Shown here one piece after another: positions 10,505 through 18,074 of a DNA stretch of 64,000 nucleotides. Below the pieces are notes generated by a model. That model had not been told where the DNA came from and searched no databases. It saw only the letters and a program-made list of their open reading frames with translations. Both the position numbers and the translations under genes were made by a program. Each line of letters starts with the position of its first letter. Position 1 is the first letter of the stretch. This DNA comes from an uncultured Alphaproteobacteria bacterium (GTDB lineage Bacteria > Pseudomonadota > Alphaproteobacteria > MPNO01 > UBA2964), in contig OX638326.1 in assembly GCA_951812775.1 (NCBI GenBank), forward strand, positions 320,335 to 384,334, in the 5' to 3' direction.

Positions 10505-10975
10505 GCGCTCGATGTTACCTTCCGGCAGGACGATTGCCGCATCAGAACCGGAAATGCCACAATCAATCATGCAGCAATGAACCTGCTACGCCGCGCGCCG
10601 GACAAACTCAGCCTGCCGCAAAAACGCCGATCAGCGGCATGGGACGACACCTACATGGAAGCCGTAATCCGACAATAGCCGTTCGGTCGATTCCCCTGGG
10701 GGGAAGGTCCAGGAACAAACCTTCATCGACAACTGGCCCGACGTTTTGGGATGCACGGCCACGATGCTTTCTGGCAAGGTGCCGCCAAGCCAACTGCTCA
10801 GGCAATTGTCGGCCCGTCCGCGCAAGCACGATCCGGCCATCGCGATGCGGGTATTTCATCAGCTTGAGGTCGGTTGCATTGACCTGCGTATGGCCGTTGA
10901 AGCGCCGGAAATGCTCATCTACTACGGTCGTGTTCAGGAACACGGCCAATCCACGGGCAAGCGCTTCGGGTAAGC
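10505..10975 (+). pseudogene. tnpA: decayed Tn3-family transposase (TnpA) C-terminal fragment with multiple frameshifts and stops
   Basis: Plus-strand frames give QEQTFIDNWPDVLGCTATMLSGKVPPSQLLRQLSARPRKHDPAIAMRVFHQLEV. This aligns to the NWPDVLRCIATMLSGHLLRKLAARPRQHDLALALREIGRVE segment of the tnpA at 16913-18028. Confidence 0.6.
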
Positions 10976-11049
10976 CGTGTTTGTTCTCATGAAATAGGTT
11001 CATGTGGTTCTCGAAGCCCAGCCCCGAATGATCGCCAAAAGCGGCAGGA

Positions 11050-11286
11050 TCAACAACGCTCGCTACCACGCGGCGCTTTTCCTCTTTCGACGAGAAGCGG
11101 CGTACCACGCAATAAAAGCCACTTTTCCGTCTCGTCATTACGCATGATCGCGTTGGGCTTCTTCAGGCCAGGCACGGGCCAGACGGTGCCGCTGTCATCT
11201 TGAACACCTGAAACCTTTCCGCTTTTCAATGCTTTTGTAAAAGTTGGCCGGGATACTTGGTAAATCTTTACCGCTTCTTTCATGGA
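11050..11286 (-). CDS. small helix-turn-helix DNA-binding protein (excisionase/AlpA-like HTH), about 78 aa from MKEAVK
   Basis: HTH-like motif KEAVKIYQVSRPTFTKALKSGKVSGVQDDSGTVWPV. The longer ORF to 11409 has no better start support. Confidence 0.4.
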   Translation of the reverse strand, partial: SMKEAVKIYQVSRPTFTKALKSGKVSGVQDDSGTVWPVPGLKKPNAIMRNDETEKWLLLRGTPLLVERGKAPRGSERC

Positions 11287-11469
11287 AACATTAGCCACGT
11301 TGAACACTCTATTCGCTGTCTTCTGGAGGGTTGCCAAATTCGGGCAAATCTGGCTCAAGGCCGGGGAAAGATGGCTGCTCAAAATTCGATCAGACCTACC
11401 TCCCCCCAATAACTTGTTGATTTCATTGGTTCGAAAATTTGCCCTTTCTTATGATCTACAGAAAGGAAG

Positions 11470-11528
11470 AAAAATCCACCCACGTTCGATCGGGGGTGCA
11501 CCCCCGATCGAACGTGGGTGGATTTTTT
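11470..11528. terminator. 58-bp perfect palindrome (24-bp arms, TGCA centre) flanked by A5/T6; probable bidirectional rho-independent terminator
   Basis: AAAAATCCACCCACGTTCGATCGGGGG TGCA CCCCCGATCGAACGTGGGTGGATTTTTT read directly from the sequence. Confidence 0.6.
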
Positions 11529-11581
11529 GACTGACAAACGTGACCAAGGAGCCTGTTCCACTACTTACAGCTAAACTTACC

Positions 11582-11617
11582 GTTGCGGCTTGACCGCGAA
11601 TTTTGAACAGCTACAAT
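11582..11617 (+). CRISPR. single 36-nt type II-C CRISPR repeat (GTTGCGGCTTGACCGCGAATTTTGAACAGCTACAAT) with no spacers
   Basis: Length and 3' end (GCTACAAT, -10-like) match the Neisseria-type II-C repeat architecture. It lies 73 bp downstream of cas2 on the opposite strand, and residues 12-28 are perfectly complementary to the candidate tracrRNA anti-repeat at 16398-16414. No further copy occurs within 70 bp on either side. Confidence 0.75.
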
Positions 11618-11690
11618 AGATGTCCGGATAGAACTTTGTAATCACAAGGTTTTATCCGGGGTCTGTTGACTATTTTCTGTCCGAATCGTA

Positions 11691-12035
11691 TCAGAACATC
11701 ACCAGTTGCTCCGGATTCTCACGAGCTTTGCGGCGGCCCTGATCCGATAAATGTATGATATCACGATATTGCCGGTCCGTGAAATTCAGGATTTGCACAT
11801 CGCCGGCATCGGGCAAGTTGCGTTCAATCCGGAGGACCCGGGCCGAAAACGCCTCTTTCCCGTTCACGAACCGCGCATAGACCGAAAATTGGCTGCGCTC
11901 GAACCCTTCGTCCAGCAGGAAATTGCGAAAGCTGCCCGCGTCCTTTTGCTGTTTCTTCGTGTCCGTGGGCAGGTCGAACATCACGAGAATCCACATGAGA
12001 CGATACCTCGACAACCGGGTGATGGTTGTCGTCAT
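11691..12035 (-). CDS. cas2: CRISPR-associated endoribonuclease Cas2 (type II)
   Basis: LSRYRLMWILVMFDLPTDTKKQQKDAGSFRNFLLDEGFERSQFSVYARF closely parallels Streptococcus type II Cas2. Overlaps the cas1 stop by 4 bp. Confidence 0.9.
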   Translation of the reverse strand: MTTTITRLSRYRLMWILVMFDLPTDTKKQQKDAGSFRNFLLDEGFERSQFSVYARFVNGKEAFSARVLRIERNLPDAGDVQILNFTDRQYRDIIHLSDQGRRKARENPEQLVMF

Positions 12036-12967
12036 TTTCCCAGTCCAGCCAGTGCAAGAGGATCGGGAGGGTCGGGCAAGGCGAGAGTCAATTTGGCCGC
12101 TTCAAAACTCTGCCCCAAGGATGTCGCCAGCTTTATCAGAGCGACCGAGACCGGTGTGACACCATCGCCCAAAGGCAGGTCTGTGGCTATCAGGCGGGCG
12201 AGTTGCTGCTTGGCCTCTGTGTCGACCTCTGGTCCACATTTTGCCGCGATGGCCCGAACCGTACAGTCGACCAGTGGGCGAAAGGGCTCCATCAGGTCAT
12301 CGGCCAAAGCAAAGGCGTTGCCGCGGTTTGCGTGAAATAGGCCTATGGTCGGATGCAGACCCGCGGCAACGACGGCGCGGGCGGTGGCGGCACGCAAGAC
12401 CGTGTAGCCATAATTCAGCAGCGCGTTTTCCCGATCTGCCGACGTGTTGCGGCGAAAATCCGAACCCATCATACGTGGCCAGTAGTAGCGGGCCGCCTGT
12501 GCCTCGATGTTGGTTCTGTCACCCGAAGATATCTTGCGGATCATCATTTCCAGTGGCGCGGACGGCTCGCCAATTGCCGAAAGGGCAGCTGCCTGCATTC
12601 TAACCTTGGAAGTTACGATCTGTTTCCAGGCCTGTTTGGTAAACGATGCCTTGGCGTTCCATTGTGCTCGCATTCGCGCTCCCTGTATGTGATGGCCTTC
12701 CAGCGGCATGAGAACGGATTTAGGGGCATGATTGGCGGCACAAAGGACCACCGGCGCACCGCGCTCGGCAAGCTCGACCAAAAGAGAGGAAGACCATGTT
12801 GTGCCATGGGCATGCACGATGACGCCTGCGATCTGGTCGAGCGGGGTGCGGCCGATTTCGGTCCCGTGTTCCGTGACCTTAAGAAAACCCCGGTCGCGCG
12901 ACAAATGGCGCCCGTCGGTTGCAATATCAATGATCTGATCCAATACAACACCCCGTGCAAAAGACAT
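12032..12967 (-). CDS. cas1: CRISPR-associated endonuclease Cas1 (type II)
   Basis: Cas1 signature ALLNYGYTVLRA. About 311 aa. Immediately downstream of cas9. Confidence 0.9.
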   Translation of the reverse strand: MSFARGVVLDQIIDIATDGRHLSRDRGFLKVTEHGTEIGRTPLDQIAGVIVHAHGTTWSSSLLVELAERGAPVVLCAANHAPKSVLMPLEGHHIQGARMRAQWNAKASFTKQAWKQIVTSKVRMQAAALSAIGEPSAPLEMMIRKISSGDRTNIEAQAARYYWPRMMGSDFRRNTSADRENALLNYGYTVLRAATARAVVAAGLHPTIGLFHANRGNAFALADDLMEPFRPLVDCTVRAIAAKCGPEVDTEAKQQLARLIATDLPLGDGVTPVSVALIKLATSLGQSFEAAKLTLALPDPPDPLALAGLGK

Positions 12968-13021
12968 GAATCGTCAACCTATTGAGTGTATTACACCGTC
13001 AGGAATCTACCAAATCCCAGG

Positions 13022-16000
13022 TTACCTTTGCCGTAAGGGATTCCGCAGGCGACCCATTTCATCCACATGGACCCTTCGGACATTAGCTTTTACAAGGGGC
13101 CTTGCTCTCATACATCTGAAACGAAACGTATCGGTCCTGTCGCGGTTGCGAGCATCGGCATTGGCCTCGTTATGGGGGGCAATACAGAGCCCGTTGGCAC
13201 CCAGGCTTTGCACATAGCCAATGATTATTTTGCGATCTCGTTCTTCAATCGCAACCATGTCCCGTTTGAAGACCCGCAGCAACCGTTTCGCAGCGGGGTG
13301 GGGCCGTTTCACGGCGCCTGACTGATGCGCCTCGAAAGTCGTGATCACCTGGGGTTCGATCTTGCCGTCGGGCATGCGCCAGATCTCGTAGCAGTGATTA
13401 CTGTCGCCTTTGTAGGCCTTGAACTCCTTGCCATCACGGTCGGTAACCGGCACCCGGGCGCTTTTCTGCAAGGTCTCCACCATTCGCACACGGCGCAATC
13501 CGAAATACGGGTTGTCCGATTGATCCGGCCAGATCTTGGATTATACGGGCCAGGTGACGTTGCAGGTCCGCGTCGCGGATGTTGGTGCCTTTTGTGGTGA
13601 TCTTGATGTCATTTGCGCTAAGCGACCTCAGCGGCTTACGGCTGACCACCTTGCCGTCACGGGCCAATCCGTAGGCGGTATCATTGTGCAATTGCCCAGT
13701 CGTGCTGTCCTTGCCCGATGCGCGGGCGGCGGGGTCGATACGGCCATGATCGGCCCGGTGACTGACGATGATGCGATCGAGCTGCGCGGCGATGTCGGCC
13801 CGGAATTCTTCCCACGGTGGCGCGACGGAGCGGGCCACTTCTTCAGCGCCATCGCGTTTATCTCGGGAGGCCGTATCGCTGATGCGCTTGATCAAAGAAC
13901 GATCCGTTGCCGCGACCACGGCCGCGTCGATTGCGTGGTGGCGGTGATCCGTGCGGTTCTTGGCCTTCACCGCCCCATCCTTGTCGGGCAAAAGACTGTT
14001 CAGCCCCCAGTGCCGACGCAGCATTTCGGTCAGCCTTCCGGGCACGACCCAAACATGGGATTTGCTGTCGGTGCCATCGTAAAGAGCACCTAGATAGGCG
14101 CGGGCGATGCGCGACAGGTACTGCGTGTCCTTCAAGGCGCGGGTGGAAAAGTCATTTTCGCCCTCGAACCGCTCCATCGCGTCAGGCGCGAAACGCCAGG
14201 CTTTGTTTTTGGGCAGGTTCTTAAGGTTTGCGGCAATCACCTCCCACTGATCGGTCTCACCCCAAGCCTCCCATGGGGTCCTATTCGTCTTTTGCCGGTT
14301 GAATTCCTTCAGACAGAGGGTGCGGTTGGCGAAGCGGTCATCCAATGTGCGCGAATAGGGTAGGATGTGATCTACATCGCAGGAGCCATCGAAAAGCATG
14401 GCCGCACTGATCCGTTTCCCGGAATATGGACAGTTGCGGGTCATGACGTCTTCGCCAAGGTCTTCCCACAGCCGCAGCCGCATGCGGTTGGCCCCGGTAT
14501 CGGGCACGCCCAGTTCTTCCAGCTTTTTGCGGCGCCGGTCCGCTGCCTCGGTGTTTTTCTTGATGTCGCTCTCGACGGCGCGTTTTTGGTCTTTGGACAA
14601 TTTCAAATCGCGGGCCAGTTCTACCACGATCTCGTCAGGTTTGCCGTAGACAGTGATGATCCGGTTCACCAATCGGCGAAGCTGGTTCAGCCCGATATGC
14701 ACCGTGGGGTTGGTAATGCGACCGAAACGGGCGATGTCATCGTCGTTCTCGTCGTAGGTGCCCGGAATGACGTGACGGCCGAGCACCTCGCCATAATAGG
14801 GAAGTTCGTCCAATATCTCGCCGGTGCGCTCATCCGAGTGATGCCAGCCACAGCGGGCCACGGCCTCGCTATACGGGATCACCTCGGCCTCCAGCGCGGC
14901 AAGGATGCGAGAAGTGGCCGACAGTCCCAGCCGTCCGTAACCTTCGGGCAGGGGGGCATGGGCGACCTCTTTGGCATGGTTGCAATGAAGACTATGGGTG
15001 GAGGTCAGCCATGCGACCAGCCTGTCATGTTCCGCCTCGCTTTGCACGGCGCGGATGCGCTCGATGACCTGCCATTGTGCCTCGACAGCCAGCGTCGACC
15101 AGCGTGGCCCGAACCGTCGGGGGTCGGACAAGCTGGCACGGACCGGATCGCAGGAGATGGCATCCCGATTGGCGGTTTGAAGCGTGAAATTCTGATTGGA
15201 GCGCAAGCCGATCAGCGTGCCAAGCGCCTTGAGCTTCATTGACATGTTCGACGGCGATTCCGTGTGCTTTTTGTTGTCCAGCGCGTGGAGGATTTGGTCA
15301 CGTTCTTCCAGGGTCAGGCTACGTGCCGACTCGCCCCGTGCCGCAACGCGCAAGGCGTTGACTGTTTCAACCAGAATGCGCCGCTGGTGCAGGGGATGGG
15401 CGCTGGGGACGCGCCGTTCGTCGGTGAAGAGGCAAAGCCCCACCTCGGGCGTCTTCAAAGGGCGCTGGTGAAAAATGACCTTGCTGATCTCATCGCGCAG
15501 TTCATCAGTCAAAACATCAGGTTGAAACCGGGCTTGCGACGCCCACAGCTTGTCGAACTCCTCCCGCAGATGGCGGCGGTCGGGGTAGAAATCATAGCCC
15601 GGTTCCTCTTTCTCGGAATTGTTGCGTCGGGCGACGGACAAGTGGGTACGCACCGAAGGCACATGTTTCGGATCGTCCGCCGAAATGCGACGCATATGTA
15701 AAAACTCGCCATAGGTTCGGGCGCCCTTGACCATCATCGCTTTCTCCAGCCGCGCGGTGGCGTCCTTGATCTTGCCGCTATCATTGTCTCTGCGGTCGAT
15801 CTTGCGGTTGGATTTGAACCCACGACGTTGATTCAAATGAAACAGCGCCCGTCCGAGGTGCGAAAGCGGCAGTTCCCGATCCAATCCCTCGGCGCGAAGC
15901 GCATATGGATCGAGTTGCACCAGTTCCTTCGCCTTGTCAGGGTCCGATGGCATCAGCCCCGCCGAGGCCATGCGTTTCATCAGCGCGGCTTTACGGCGCA

Positions 16001-16193
16001 TAAACCTGTCGCGACGCCGACGCTGGGCACGGGCGGCACGGCGATCTACAGCTAATGAAGCTTTGGTTTTGGGATTGCGGCCGTCCGAGAATATGCGAAC
16101 GCCCCTGTCGACAACCTTTGTGACTTCACCGTTTTCGGTGGCATAAAGCCACCAGCCTATAGAATTTGTACCAACATCCAGGCCAAGACGCAT
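13022..16193 (-). CDS. cas9: Cas9 (type II-C, about 1070 aa) interrupted by a frameshift: main ORF 13434-16193 plus C-terminal PAM-interacting segment 13022-13498 in the +1 frame
   Basis: RuvC-I MRLGLDVGTNSIGWW, HNH DVDHILPYSRTLDDRFANRTLCLKEFNRQKTNR and RuvC-III HHAIDAAVVAATD are present. The C-terminal fragment VRMVETLQKSARVPVTDRDGKEFKAYKGDSNHCYEIW resembles II-C PI domains. The frames cross near 13505-13540. Confidence 0.9.
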
Positions 16194-16354
16194 TCGATCA
16201 CCATTTCACTATTACGCAGTCTGTTGAGTTTTACTATGCCTGAGGAACCAGCCATGGTCAAGACATGGCTGGTTGGTGTTTGCAAGATTGCTGCCTGGGT
16301 CCACACCAAGATAATGCAACTGCCTCCTGCTATCGCTCGATAACGGGAAGTCTG

Positions 16355-16391
16355 TTGGTTGCGCCTTGACACGCAAATTTTGAACAGCTAT
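16355..16391 (+). repeat. degenerate CRISPR repeat copy (about 85% identical, 37 nt) immediately upstream of the tracrRNA; likely supplies its -10 box (TATACT)
   Basis: GTTGCGCCTTGACACGCAAATTTTGAACAGCTATACT compared with the repeat at 11582-11617. Confidence 0.65.
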
Positions 16392-16397
16392 ACTGAC

Positions 16398-16484
16398 GTC
16401 GTTCAAAATTCGCGGTCGGGCCGTTAACAAGCATTCGATTGCACCACATTGAGACGCAGGCTACGGCCTGCGTTTTCTTGTTTT
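16398..16484 (+). ncRNA. tracrRNA: candidate tracrRNA: anti-repeat, linker, GC hairpin terminator
   Basis: GTTCAAAATTCGCGGTC (16398-16414) is the exact reverse complement of repeat positions 11-27, and the following GGGCCGTTAAC extends the pairing. Hairpin ACGCAGGC-TACG-GCCTGCGT with a TTTCTTGTTTT tail at 16451-16481. Transcribed divergently from cas9. Confidence 0.7.
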
Positions 16485-16912
16485 CGGCTTGGCTCTTCTC
16501 AACGGTGTGCTTCCCGGATTTCCGCTGGAGTAATTCTACGAACAACCCTTGCCAACCCGGAAACCCCGCCTGCTACCCGTCTGGATATCGCTGTCCATTG
16601 CCTCCACCTCCCGCCCGGTTCCTCTTGAATCCAAGATATAAAACAATGCTAAATATTATTTAGCATTATAAAACACCGCCTTCCGCAAGGCGCTTGTCCT
16701 ACCCCTTTCCGGGCCGTTTTCCCCTCCAAAACAGGCGTTTCTCCGCGCCGGAATCTTCCGGCCATGCCACGGAAGCAATCATGAATGATGTCAATGCATT
16801 GCCGATGGCATGCAGGTCACATCAAAACGAACCTCGTTTTGATGTATAATCATGTCTTTTGCTAAGATAATGATTATTTTATGTCGGATATTTCCGGCTC
16901 AAAGAAAGATAC

Positions 16913-18028
16913 ATGGACCCGAACGACAGGCACAAAAACCAGCGCAAATTCATTGCAGCCAGAAAGGCCGAAGGGCTCAATCTGGGCTTGAGCAAAATGG
17001 CCAACGCCACCAGCACCCATGACTTTATGCAGCTCTCTCGGCTGTCGCGTTGGCATGTGGAAAGCGACTGCATGGCCCGCGCATTGGCTATGGTGATCGA
17101 GGCACAGGCGCGATTGCCGATGGCGCAATTCTGGGGGGGGGGGCAAACCGCCTCCAGCGACGGGCAGTTCTTTCCCGCCACTCGCCAAGGCGAGGCGCTG
17201 AATCCCATCAATGCAAAATATGGGCGGGAGCCCGGGCTGAAAGCCTACACCCATGTGACGGATCAATACGCGCCCTTCGCCACGCAGGTCATCCCCGCCA
17301 CGGTGAACGAGGCGCTGTATATCCTGGATGGGTTGCTCATGAATGAGGCAGGGCGGAAGATCAAAGAGCAGTACGCCGATACCGGCGGGTTCACTGACAT
17401 GGTCTTCGCAACCACATCATTGCTTGGATATCTCTTCCATCCCCGCATCCGTGACCTTGCCTCCAAGAGATTGCATGTCTTTGACACGCGATCTGTCCCA
17501 AAAGAACTGAAGGGCCTGACGGGTGATCGGATCCGTGAAACCACGATCATCGCCAATTGGCCCGACGTCTTGCGCTGTATCGCAACGATGCTGTCCGGCC
17601 ATCTCCTCAGGAAATTGGCGGCACGACCGCGGCAGCATGATCTGGCGCTTGCATTGCGCGAAATCGGACGGGTCGAACGAACGCTGTTCATCATTGAATG
17701 GCTGCTCAATACCGAGATGCAACGCCGCGCGAACATCGGCCTCAACAAAGGTGGGGCGCATCACGCACTGAAGGGGGCATTGCGGATCGGACGCCAAGGT
17801 GAAATCCGCGACCGCACAACAGAAGGCCGGCACTTCCGCATCGCAGGTCTGAACTTGTTGACTGCCATCATCATCTTTTGGAATACCAAGCAGCTGGGGA
17901 TCGCCGTCGCTCAACGCCAGAAAGCAGGGCTTGATTGCTCTCCAGACCTCCTGGCGCATATCTCGCCACTCGGATGGGCCCACATCCTTCCCACGGGCGA
18001 ATATCGGTGGCGGATAAAGAGGCCATGA
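16913..18028 (+). pseudogene. tnpA: 5'-truncated Tn3-family transposase TnpA (C-terminal 371 aa including the DDE region)
   Basis: ADTGGFTDMVFATTSLLGYLFHPRIRDL, ANWPDVL and HISPLGWAHILPTGEYRW are typical Tn3-family C-terminal blocks. There is no N-terminal half upstream. The stop lies 4 bp before the IR. Confidence 0.85.
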
Positions 18029-18032
18029 ACTG

Positions 18033-18071
18033 CTTAAAGGGGTTTTCCGCCCTCAGCCCAACTCGACCCCC
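18033..18071 (-). repeat. Tn3-family 38-bp terminal inverted repeat (GGGGGTCGAGTTGGGCTGAGGGCGGAAAACCCCTTTAAG read from the outer end)
   Basis: The GGGG outer end, internal GAAAAC and inner TAAG match Tn3/Tn1000/Tn21-type IR architecture. The outer end is 3 bp upstream of the tatD ATG. Confidence 0.8.
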
Positions 18072-18074
18072 TTC

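Larger units (their letters stand above)
10453..18071. mobile_element. GC-rich horizontally acquired island built from Tn3-family transposon remnants and carrying a type II-C CRISPR-Cas module
   Basis: Visibly higher GC than the flanks. It interrupts the conserved metG-tatD arrangement. It is bounded by a 20-bp partial IR (10477-10496) and a full 38-bp Tn3-type IR (18033-18071) in the same orientation. Confidence 0.75.

Noticed and set aside
10608-11138. 176-aa minus-strand ORF overlapping the Tn3 remnant and the HTH gene; parts (LARGLAVFLNT) vaguely recall Tn3 TnpA
   Set aside because: The plus strand over the same bases has the much clearer tnpA alignment. The ORF is most likely an antisense open frame in GC-rich DNA, and the similarity is too weak to call.
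11541-11581. Possible second, highly degenerate repeat directly upstream of the lone CRISPR repeat (TGACC...ACAGCTAAACT)
   Set aside because: Only two short blocks match, with the wrong spacing (26 vs 17 nt between blocks), and no spacer would separate it from the real repeat. Treated as chance similarity.
13188-13215. TGGCAC...TTTGCA resembling a sigma-54 -24/-12 promoter
   Set aside because: The GG-GC spacing is two bases too long, and the site is inside the cas9 C-terminal coding fragment on the wrong strand for any downstream gene.
14367-15242. 291-aa plus-strand ORF, and several other 60-190-aa ORFs, inside cas9, cas1 and cas2
   Set aside because: They are antisense to strongly supported cas genes. 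Long spurious ORFs are expected in about 60% GC sequence. They have no recognisable motifs.
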